Shown in pieces: positions 36,101-46,739 of a DNA stretch of 64,000 nt; positions within the stretch are counted from its first letter, which is position 1, and the number at the start of each line of letters is the position of its first letter. Under the pieces are notes generated by a model. That model saw nothing but the letters and a program-made list of their open reading frames with translations, made no database searches and was not told the origin of the DNA. The translations under genes and the position numbers were made by a program. The stretch covers positions 1,302,001-1,366,000 of the forward strand of contig JAYWIR010000011.1 of the NCBI GenBank assembly GCA_036172245.1, written 5' to 3'. Source of the stretch: Raillietiella orientalis. Lineage: Eukaryota.

Positions 36101-39100
36101 GAGCCCAGACGAGCTTCGAGGTCGACAGCGGAGACGCCCTCGAGGAGCAGGACGTGGAGGAGAGTCCTTCCCGAGAGTTACCGCGCCAGTCCCTCCTTCC
36201 CGCCCCTTCGCCGCCGGAGGCTTCCGCCTGTGGGCAGGACGAGATCTTCATCGACCTGCAGCCCTGCCGAGGAAGCCTGCGTGCGATGCAGAAAAACGCC
36301 AGCGGGAGGCGGCTCTCCACGGACGTCTCCCCGGTCTCCGACTTCGTGGAGGGGGGCGATGTTCGTTCCGAGAAGGCGCGGAACTCGGACGAGGACCGCG
36401 AGTCGGGAGAGGAGGAGGAGTTCCACGAAAACCTGGACCTCACCCGGATGTTGGGGATGAACGGGGTACAGGTAGGGAACGAAGATCTCGGAGAGTGGGC
36501 ATCCCCTGGGTGCAGCAGCGCTCTCAGCCGCAGGTGAACGAGGCAGGAGACGGCCCTGGAAGGACTCCTCTCTTCCTGGAGCTTCCGGCATTCGGGATGC
36601 CCCCGCCCCCACTGTCCTGCGTCCCGGAAGCTCCCTCTGACAAGGCACTGCCCGCGAACCCCTCGGTGCTGCCGCTCTCCGTCCCCATCCCGCCCTCCGG
36701 CAGGGAGGCAGCTGATGAGACCCTAGGCGCGGCCGACGGGAGCAGCTTCTCGGAGAGCACACCCGGGGACTCCTGTTGCTCCGGGAGCAGCGACCGCTAC
36801 GACGACACCTCCCGCTCCGAGGAGCCCGTTGCGAGGAGGAAGAGGCGCAGAAAGAGGAGGAACCGTACTCCCGACCACGGGGAGTGGCGGGAAGGACCCG
36901 GTTCCTCCCCGGCGGATGTCCGAGCCGTGAGTCCCGGAGGTGACTCTTCTGCTGGCCGGGAGAAAACCGGGGAGAACCGTACGTTCATCAGCACGAAGGC
37001 CATCGAGCTGAAGAACCCGGCCAGCTTCCGGGAGCACACTCTGGGAGAGGGTGTGGCTCTGCGGGTCTCTCCTCGGGGGGCGGAGGAGCTGGAGCAGAGC
37101 GCGGACACCTGGGACTTCCAGCAGGAGGAGGTCGCCGAGGTTCCGTCGCCACCGCCCAATCAGAAGGGAAGGGAGGAGACTCGAGAGGCGGGAAGCCACG
37201 GCTCCGAAGGCGGCAGCCCGTCACAGCGAGTCTCGGGAGGCCTTCCAGACACGAAGCTGTTCCCGGGAGTCGACGCCGCCGACGAGTTCCGTCCACTGCA
37301 GGAAGGTAAGTGGTGCAGGCCGGGAAGGGAGAGGTGAGAATTCGCCATGGAGGCCGAGGGAGTTTGGGTCAGCCTTTTCACGCCTTCCGTGCGACCTCCC
37401 TCCTCTGGGAGGAGACCCTCTCCTCCCTGTGCGGAGGTCTCTTTCGCCCTCCATCGCCACGCAACCGCTACGGCTGAGGCAGCTACTATCACCACTATTT
37501 GTTCTTCCTCTGTTTTTGGCATCTGTGGTCCTCGTGTTACCGCAGCTGCTGGTAGTGCTGTCGCTTTCCTGCTGCTGCTGCTTCTTCCTTCACTGCTATC
37601 CCTGTCCCTATACCCTCTAAACGTGGCTGCTGTCGCTTCTTCGCTTGCTGCCAATGAGACCATCATTGCTGGTGCTGATACTCTTGACTTCTGGTGCTGC
37701 TGCCGCCAGCTCTTCCTTGAATCTTTGCCCCGTTCAAACAGCTCCGGCTCCCTCGAAGAGCGTCCGCGAGTCTCGCCCGCCTCTTCCCGCCTCCTGCGGC
37801 GCCCCGAGGGTTCAAGAAGAGAGAGGGCTAGGAACTTTCCAGGGCCGCAAGCAGTATTCCCCCCTCTCCTTCCCACTCCCGTCCACTCTTTGTCCGGCGA
37901 TGGAGGCCACACCTGACCCCTTGTCTTTCCATTTCCGACCTTCCTACTCTTTCCCTCTGGGTCCGCCTGCAGCTTCACTGGGGATGGGGGGGGAGCAGAA
38001 GTCCACGTACTCATTCGCCTCTTTTCATTGCAGCGGCGGCAACAGAAGCTGCGACCGTGGAGTGCCGCTTTCTTGCCTTGGGACCGAGCTCCGAGGGCTT
38101 CAGCAACGACTCCCTGTGCTCGGCCAGCAACGAGAGCGACAGCGTGTTCCTCGCGGGAGGCGACTCCTCTCGCTCACGGGGCAGACGACTCCCCCTGTGG
38201 GAGGGCGAGGCCCGCGAGGGTCCAGTTCTCCGATGCCACTCTACCGGGATCGCTAGGGCCCTGACCGCCGAAGTGCGCCCCGATCTGAACGCCCTCGGAA
38301 AGCGCCACTCCGTACCCAACATCTCCACGACGGCGCTGCTCGCGGACGAGGGGCCGGCGGCCGTAGCGCCCTCAGCTGAAGGGGGAGCGGCAGCTCTGGA
38401 CCGCGGCGCCGAAGGGGAGGAGGAGGCTACCGCCGACGCTTCCCCGCGGCCTTCCAGCAGCGTCGCAGAAGGGCGGCCTCTGGCGGCAGGACCCTTCCAG
38501 AAAAATCTCCGCCGAGAGAGGGCCACTAGGAGGGGCTGCTGCCCATCCGCTTCCGAGGACGGGACGGCGCGAGCGAAACCAAAGCATGCCGACGTGCCCC
38601 GGGCATGGTCAGAGGACAGGTGGGTGCGGAGGGTCCTCTCGCTCTCCTCATCTCTTTCCTCCTGTAGGAATGCGGCGAGCTCCGTGGACACGAGCCTGGA
38701 GTCCCTCAGGAGCCGTCTGTCGTCGCAGGGATCGGCTGTCTCCAGCCTCGCGGACCTCGAGGACGAGGACGAAGCAGGCAGGTCCCGACGGCGTCCCCTC
38801 GCTGACCAAGAGGGAGCGGGGAAGGGGACCTCCCGCGAGAGGATCCCCTCCCGTTGCGGACGGGCAGGATCGGACTGCTCCCATTCCTTTCGGAATGCGG
38901 CAAGTTCTTCGTCGCCCTCCCGAAGGCAGGGGGAGTTCGCCCATCTGGCGTCCCGGTGCCCGGGAGGCGCTGAATTAGGGGGCACTCCTGCGGAGTGGGA
39001 GACCCCAACTCGGGAAAGGATCCCTTCCCTTCTGTGGACTTCCTCCCGGAGTACCTCTCGTTCAGCTCCCCCTGCCCAATCCTGTTCACGGTGACATCTA

Positions 39101-42100
39101 CTCTCCAGGATTCGAACCGAACGCGCGGTGGAAGAGGAGGAATTCCTGCCTTCTCTCCTCCGCTCCGCGTAGGGAGCGTTTAGGGACCAAGCGAGAAGGA
39201 AACAGGCTCTCCGAATGCGAGAAGTGCGAGAGGAAGACACCTGTTCCTTCTCTCTTCCCCACCCCTCAAGCCCTTGCAAGGAGAAGCAGGGTTTCTAAGC
39301 TGCCTAGGGGGATTCTGGAGAGAAAGTCGGGAGCGTCTCTGGCCTAGCGGGATATGAGACGGGCTCTCCGGGACGGGGCAGCAGCGAGGTAGAGCACCTG
39401 CTTTCCACGACCCTTCCAGCCTCCCTCTTCATCTCCTGCTCTCTGAGTCTCGCGGTGAGCCGTTGGTCTTTACGGACTTCCATGTCCTTCCTGACGAGCA
39501 AGGGATCCCAGCAGACCAACAGCGGGACCCTCACGCTCAGAGGCCCTGCCCGCCCTTCCTCCTCCATCACTCCACGAAGGCTACTACCCAACGAAGCTGA
39601 GGGTGCTTTCGTCTCTCCCCCCCTTCCCTTGGATGAAGGAGGGGGGGAACCCCTCCATCGAGTACCACGAACCTGATGGATTGACTCCTCTCCCTAGAGT
39701 GAAGTGCGCTGCTCCCTTTAAGAGCGACCTTTCCAAAAAAATCAGGAAGCATACCTTCAGGGTTCCTTGTTAGAGGGGTCACAAGGAGCAGATCCTTTCC
39801 AGGGGTTGTCCTTCGGAGAAGAAACGAAGAGCAGCCCCCTCCAGGATTCCCTCCGAAGAGAGAGAGGAAAAGGAGGTTCCCTTCGGAGTTTCCCTCCCAA
39901 GGGAGTGAGAGAAGCGTACTCCTTCTTCCGGAGCCCTTCCTGGACTCGTAGGGTGGTCCCTCAGGGGTTGCTTCTAATGACCTGAAGAGTGTTTTCCTCT
40001 TTCAGGTTTTCTGTTTTTTTGGTTCGCTGAGCGCCTCGAGGGCCTCCATCCTGGTTGTCTTCGGAGGGAACCCGCTCGCAAAGGATCCGTTCCTGGTTTC
40101 CTCCTCCCCTGAAGAGAACCCCGAAGGGACGCTTCTGAATTTCTCTGAATGGAGCTCCCCGAAGGGAGCAGCGCACTTGTTTCCCGGTCTGGAGAGGGAT
40201 CGCCTACCCCCTCCCATTTTTCTGAGTCCTCTCGCTGGCTTGCACTGAAGATGTTCTCGCCTCTTTGCAAAAGTTCGGGAGACGCAGGGCTTCCGCTTCC
40301 GGGAGGCCAATTTGGGCGGACAGGGGATTTTCGCTGCCGGAGGGTGGTAGCACTGCGGATCGTTCCCTGAGTGGGCGGGTCGAGCGCTCCCTTGGTAGGT
40401 GGCAGGAGGGAAAAAAGGAAACGACGTGCGGTTGTGGTGGCGAGCCGGACAGAAGCTGCGGATGTTGGAAGGGGGATGAGATGCCCAGCATTGCAGGCCG
40501 GGAAGGGAGGGAAGGATAAGGGAACGGGAGGCGGCATCTCACGTACGTGCACCCATCCGTATCCCCTGCTTTCTGTCCTCTTCGGACCCGAACGAGTCGC
40601 TGGGAGGTGGTTGCTAGGGGCGATGTGGAAACCACTTAGTGACGCCCGGTAGCACCTTGAGCCTTTTTTCACCACTCGGACCTCCGGGATTCCGTCCTCC
40701 ACCCTCCGTCCCCTCCTCGCTGAGGCCTACTGAGGAACGACGGCTTCTGCGGACGGGATCCATCGCTGTTTTTTCTGCTGCTTTTGTTGTTGTTGTCGCT
40801 TCTGCTGTTGCGGCTGTTGTTGGCGATGATGATGTTCCAGGCGCCTGGACCAGCTGCTTGCTGCTCCAGAGATCGTGCGCAGAGCATTAAAGTGTCCTCT
40901 CCACACCTAGGCGTGTATGCTGATAGTTTTTTATCTCTGCAGTGGATCTACATAGGAGAGGAGGAGGAGCGCTACGTGTGGGAGAAGGCCAGCGGCGCTG
41001 GTGCGCCAGGTGAGCGGGTGCGGCACAACGCCTCCTCCCCTTCCACCCCTCTTTCTTTCCTTCCCGGGAAGGAGACAGGAAAGAGGAGGAGAAGGAGGAG
41101 GTAGGGAGGGGGGACGCTGTCTAGTCGTCGCAAACGCAACCCCTCTTTCTCCCTCCCCCCTTCTCTTCCTCTCCAGAGCAACAACCGCTCAGACGGACCG
41201 ATTCGATGGAGTCCACGGAGTCGGAGAGGGACTTCAAGAGCAGGTTCCAGGCCATCACTCACCGCATGATTCACAGGAAGTCCAGCCTGGAGATGTTTCG
41301 CAGGCTCACAGCAAAGACTTTCGGTGCGTATGCCTGTCTCTGTCGTCCGTGCGCGCGGGAGGAGCAAGCAAGCGACGGGGCGGAGGGTGGTCGCGCAGTG
41401 CAGCCGTGCCGCGCCGGGAAGATGAGGGGGAGCGAGAAAGGAAAAAGAGATGACCCTTCTGGGCTTCCTCTTGTGCCCTTGCTGGAGAACAGAGGATCTC
41501 AGCGGGCCATCAGCGGGACCCTCACGCCCGCATCCTTCCGCTCTCCATTTCCCCACCCTTTCCGGTTCCCTTCTCGAGCGGCTTTACGCCACCGAGCGCA
41601 CCTCCACGACGCCTTTCCCCTCCGGAAGAAAAGATCGAAACCGAGAAGAGGTGCCTTGTTCCTCTCTTTCTCCTTCCCCTCTTTTTTGCCCTTCGTTCCG
41701 GAGGGAACCTTTCGGACACTCGCCTCCCGCTCCCCGGCAGGTCACGACGAGGTCATCACGCTGCACAGGGAGTCAGGGGAGTTTGGCTTCCGGATCCACG
41801 GCTCCCGCCCCGTGGTTGTCACGGCTATCGAGCCGAACACGCCGGCGTCCGCCTCGGACCTCCAGATCGGTGACGTCATCGTCTCCATCAACCAGAAGAA
41901 CGTTATGGACACCCCTCACTCCGAGGTCGTCAAGACGGCTACCTCAGGTCCTCCCTTCGCGATGCCCTCAACTCCCCTGACCCCGCCCTTAGGATCCAAC
42001 AGCCTCGTGCTCGAGGTGACCAGGACCTGCCGCTCTCTGGCTCCGCGTCCGCACGACCCCGGGGACTACGCCTATTGCGGCTACCTGTGGAGGCTTAGCA

Positions 42101-45100
42101 GCAGTGGTGGCGGCGGCGCCACCGCTCACGGGTGTCCTTGCGACCAGACCGACTGCCCCTCGGTCGGGGAACGCCACCGGAAGTGGGTCCGGAGGTGGTT
42201 CTGCCTGAAGAAGGACTCTTGCCTCTACTTCTATAAGACGAGGGCGGTGAGGAATCCCCCCTGCCCCTCTTCCCCATTGTCCAGTCGTCCCCATGGTGTG
42301 CGCCTCGTACGCGTGTCTCTCCAGAGCCACGAACCGATGGGCGCCATCACGCTGGCCGGATGCAGCTTCCGGAGAGTGGGCAACTTGAGCCGGGAGTTCT
42401 GCTTCGCACTGTGCAAGCCCAACAGGAGCGTCCACCACTTCAGCGCCGAGACCGCCCGCGAGCTGGGACAGCTGAACGAGGTGCTGACCCGGTACGCCGC
42501 CCTGAACTCGGTAGGCGTTGGACCCTGGCTACTCACGCACGCCTCACCCATCCTCTTCCGTACTTCCTCCCTTTCTCTTAAGGAGGAGGCATGGCTCAAC
42601 GAGACGATAGCGATCGCGGCCTGCCCTGCGGCCGCCGTCGCACGACCCGACTGCTGTGGCTCCCTCCACAAGCTGAGCGCCAGGTGGAAGACGTGGAGGA
42701 GGAGGCACTGCGTGCTCAAGGCCGGGTGCATCTACTTTTACGCGGACGCATCCTCGGCGTCAGCCATCGGTATGTAGCCTCCCTCGCGCGCGCGTACCCC
42801 CTCCTCCCTCCCCCTTCTTTTCCGTGTCCCCCGGAGGAAGAGCACCGGACGAGATAGAGGCGGCAGCAGCAGCAGCTCTATCTCAACGGTGCGAAGGTCG
42901 CGGGAGGTGACGGCCCCGCAGCAGGGCACCTCCTTACGGGGATGAAGAGGGGGCGGGGACGACCGGAATCGCACTGCCGGAAGAGCGCAAGAGAGGAGGG
43001 GAGGAAATCCGAGAAGAGCTGGTGTCCCTCTTCCCTGCCCTCCCGTGGAAGATCCGCGCCCGTATGAAGCAAGAGGATGGAGGCAGGAGAAAGCGGAGAG
43101 GAAGCTTCTCCCTCCCGAAAGGCCACTGCGCCCTTACTCTCCCGGATCCCGAGCGAAAGGTCCGGCAGCTAACGAGGCACCTCCTGTCTTCTGGGGTCCC
43201 CTGCCCTTCTCGGAAGGAGAGCGCTCCGACCACGCAAACGGTACCGCACCACCACCTCCGTCCCTGTCCACAACATTGGACGAACCAGCCTGAGGTGCAG
43301 GAGGGGGGGGAGAGGAAAGGGTCCGGGGGAATTCCCCGCCTCACCTTCTCTTCCCCCGAACTCGCAGCGCGTCCAGGATCGGCGCGTTGAGAGACGACCG
43401 CCTCGCGCGCCCTTCGCCATCTTCCCCTTCCCTTCCCTTGCCTCGGGGCCGTTCAAGGCACCTCGCGCCCTCATCTAGTCTCCGCAGCCTCCTCCCACCC
43501 GCGCCTGAACCTGCCCCTTCCCTTCTCGAAGGGAAAAGCGCCTGCCTCCCCCTTTCCCGCCTCTTCCCTGGACGCGCGTACTCCGCCCCGTTGCCGCATC
43601 GCAACGAGCGCGCTCGGGGGATGCGTTTCTTACTACCCCCCTACCCCCGGGGAGAGAAACGCCGCGGGCTCTCACGCTGCGGTCATGCCGTGCAGGCGGA
43701 GAGGCTCCACCTTGTTCCGGAGGGCTTCCCGCTCCCGCGAAGCCGACGACCGCCGGTCGCGAACCACAGCATTCGGTGACGTCGCTCGGGGTTTCCCGGA
43801 GACCGCTCTCAGTGCCATTCGTGGAGAGCGGGGCAGGCGGGCAGATGGTTGGGTCCGGAGAAGAGCGAGGGAGGGCATACCTCCGTCCTACCTTCGCTTT
43901 CCATTCAAGGAGCCCTCCCCACCCCTGGAAGCGCCGCGGAGCTCGGATTCAGCCTTTGTTGCTGCTGGCGCCGCTGCTGGCCTGAGTGCGGGAATCCAAG
44001 GGGGTGGGGGGTGGAAGAGGGGAGAAGGACGTTTCCCTCCTACTGGTCTCTCTCCCCTCAATCCTCATGTCCGACCACTCCGTAGGCGCCGCCCATCTCC
44101 ACGGCTACCGGGTCCAGAGCTGCAGCGTCGGCGGCAAGAAGCACGCCTTCGAGCTGATTCCTCCCGACCTCAAGTTCCGGCACTTCTACTTCCACTCGGA
44201 CAGCGAAACGGACAAGAAGAGGTCTGTTCCAATGCCCGCTCGGGAAACAGCCCGTCGACAGCAGGAGAGAAGGGGGCGGTAGAGGGGGATCGCCCGCCAC
44301 CCGCTTTTTGCCGACCTACCCGCGGGAAGAGCGTTTCGGGTGGTTCTTCTTCCTCGGAAGAGTGGGGAAAGGCGAGGAAGGCGATACGCCCGCGCAGACC
44401 CCGGAGCAGCCGCGCGGGGCGAAGCGCCTTGACCTTGGGGCGGAGGAGTCGCTGCCATCGCCTTCGTAGACCAGCCCCCGCGGACTGGCAGCACCCTTCT
44501 CGTTCCTCCCGCTCCTCGGGTGCCGCCTGGAAGGGTGCGCGCGCCCGCGACGGACCCGGTGGAGAACGCCAGGAGATGCTGCCCACCCCCAACCCCCTCC
44601 TCTCCTGACGGCGGGCCGACGGTCTGGAGTACGGCCGGCGGGGAGGAAATCGATACGGGGATGTAGGCTGCGAGCCAATCGGAAAGTCCCGGGACGAGGA
44701 ATCCTCCGTCCCTGCCGGAGCGGGCTCCAGGACACTTCCTGCCTCCAGTCCCAGGCACGCTCTTTTTGTTTCCAAGTCCACAAGACGGGGGAAGGGGGCA
44801 GGCGGAATGAATGCTGGGCCTTCAGTTCCAGGCAACCCCTCTCCGAGGACAGGAAGAATGCGGGAGAGGGGTGCGCGGGGGGCGGCTGGCTGGCGCGTCC
44901 ACAAGCGCCCACGTCCTTGACCGCGGAGCTGGTCCTGGTCGCGCGCGCCGCTACCCCTCCTCAGCAACTGCACGGCCACACCGACCCTTGTCTGGAGGGA
45001 GAGGGTTAGAGGGTTCCCTGCGGGTGTCCTCCGTCTTGCGGTCGAGTTCCCCACCCACCCTACTCTCTCCCCTCCCTCGTCTTGAGCCCGCATTTTCCCG

Positions 45101-45809
45101 CGCGAAATGGGGGTAGCTCCCTCACCGCTTTCAGGGGAACTTGTCCTTCGCCCGTGTCACAGTCTCGGGAGTCGGAGAGACCCTCAGTCCCTTGAGGGTC
45201 GCGCGAGCATGACCGTCAGGCGGCCACCCCCCCGTCGATCCGGGGCGCGCGAAATCGGGAAGGAGCGATCCCCGGACCGCGTTTGATTCTTGAGAGGGTT
45301 GGAGCGAACGAACTTCTCCCTGTCCGAGAGGAGGTTCGGGGGATACTATCCGCAGATTCCAATGCTCCTCGCTCCGTCCCCTCAGCACCACTTCCCACGC
45401 ATCCCTGCGGCGGATGGATGCGGTGCGGCGACTTCCCCCCGTCGAGAAAGCTTGCGTCCTCCACCCCCTCCCGCACCCCTTCGTACCGAACTCGGATCCG
45501 CGAAAGGATCGGCCTCCTCTGGCTCTTGCTCCTCTCCCTTTAATGGCGCTCCTTTCTGCACTAGTTTGCACTCTGTCCTGAGGATATAAAGCCCAAGCAT
45601 TTCCCAGCCCTTTTGTCCGTCCCGGCCAACTAGCGTGTGTTTCGGACGACGGTGATCGGTGATCTCCGTCAACGGTGATCTCCGAAACGCATCATCATCT
45701 TTCTCAAGATGAGCATTAGCCAGACAGAATCGGCTCCACACTGAGACAGTATTAAGCAGTCTGCGGTTTAATTTTACCCTACAAAAACCGGTTAAAAATA
45801 ACCACTGAA

Positions 45810-45862
<53 letters not shown>

Positions 45863-46739
45863 AAATGGCACCCATGCAGTAATCTTCGATTACACGGAAG
45901 GCGCTAGGAGACCAAGTCCCGTGTGTTTTTCAAGCGTCTAACGACCATTTCGGGAGCTGATGGGATGCCGTTTTCAAGCAACGCTCAACAATGCCTCTCT
46001 GTTCGGCGCGTTGCGCGGCAACGCATACGCCCGCTTAGGAACGCGCGTTGCCAGTCTGAAGATGCCTGACGACTGCTCGGCGCTTCTTCCTCCTCGTCCG
46101 CTCTACTCGAGTCTTCGCGAGGACGGGCGGACGCTTCTCTGCTTGGAAGGGATGGTGGCTGCACAGTTTACGGCACTTCGCTCGATGCGTTTAGGCCAAA
46201 AAGTTCTGGCGACGGAAAGTTGGGTGCCGAAACGCACCCCCAGCCTGCGGGGCAAACCTGCCATCCCCCTTTTCCTTCTTTTCCTTCGTACACGGACAAC
46301 AGGGTCGGTGGGGATCACGCGCCGCGCATTCATCCTCGTGCTCCGTTACATGGAACACGCGTCGCCTAGCGACCATTTGACACTTTGCACTCGCAGGTCA
46401 CATTTCCCGCACGGGTCAAATGCTGGCGAGATGGCCGGCTCGTGTTGGCAAGAGGGAATAGAAATAGCGGGTCCCGGGGCAAACACTGGCAAACCGACCA
46501 GTTGTCCCCCACAAAACTCAAGTCTTCAGAAATTTACGAACGGTCATGTCGAAACTCGCGCAATGAAAGTCTGGACAGCTCGGCGTTTGGGTTTTATTTT
46601 TCCACTCTCGAAAACAACTTCCGGAAACGTCGTCAGATCCCTAATGCCACTCTTTTATTCATCTGCTTGTTGTTATTTTAGATGGTTAGCAGCTTTGGAA
46701 TACTCAATCGATCGATGGATGATGGACCAAGACGTCTAA
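30128..46739 (+). CDS. Large multi-exon gene for a PDZ + tandem PH domain scaffold protein (PDZPH1-like) with a long low-complexity N-terminal region
   Basis: Phase-consistent GT-AG exon chain: 30128-30331 (ATG at 30194; more 5' exons possible), 34164-34466, 34540-35053, 35907-36025, 36082-36471, 36534-37305, 38034-38619, 38668-~39090, 40870-40891 (tentative), 40943-41009, 41177-41323, 41741-41947, 41993-42246, 42325-42510, 42583-42769, 44086-44221, 46682-46739 (TAA). PDZ: EFGFRIHGSRPVVVTAIEP...LQIGDVIVSIN. PH1: YCGYLWRL...KWVRRWFCLKKDSCLYFYK. PH2: CCGSLHKLSARWKTWRRRHCVLKAGCIYFY...FYFHSDSETDKKRWLAALEYSI. Domain exons are solid; N-terminal linkage is inferred from phase only. Confidence 0.85.
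31450..32700 (-). mobile_element. LINE endonuclease fragment in an intron of the PDZ-PH gene
   Basis: WRNLRSVHPRIWSGTFSQSSIPSREIG resembles the APE motif WR..HP....T......SRID. Confidence 0.5.
39630..39990 (+). mobile_element. Same SINE-like family, copy 4 (diverged)
   Basis: GGAAGCATACCTTCAGGGTTCC, array units, and GAGCCCTTCCTGGACTCGTAGGG. Confidence 0.6.
39991..40200 (-). mobile_element. Same SINE-like family, copy 5 (inverted, internally deleted)
   Basis: CTGAAGAGAACCCCGAAGGGACGCTTC (~40109-40135) is the reverse complement of the family core. The minus strand ends GAGGCGCTCAGCGAACCAAAAAAA, like copy 1. Confidence 0.7.
44950..45500 (-). mobile_element. Possible LINE post-RT fragment in the last intron
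   Basis: KFVRSN...ISRAPDRRGGGRL loosely matches F.W...L..P...GGL.L; weak. Confidence 0.3.
45812..45858 (+). repeat. Pure 47-nt poly(A) tract, probable tail of a young retroposed insert (~45550-45858)
   Basis: Uninterrupted A run in the last intron of the PDZ-PH gene, at the compositional transition. Confidence 0.8.

Noticed and set aside
37347..37916. Hydrophobic membrane-protein-like ORF
   Set aside because: Derived from decayed (GCT)n-like low-complexity intron sequence; the flanking exons join in phase without it.
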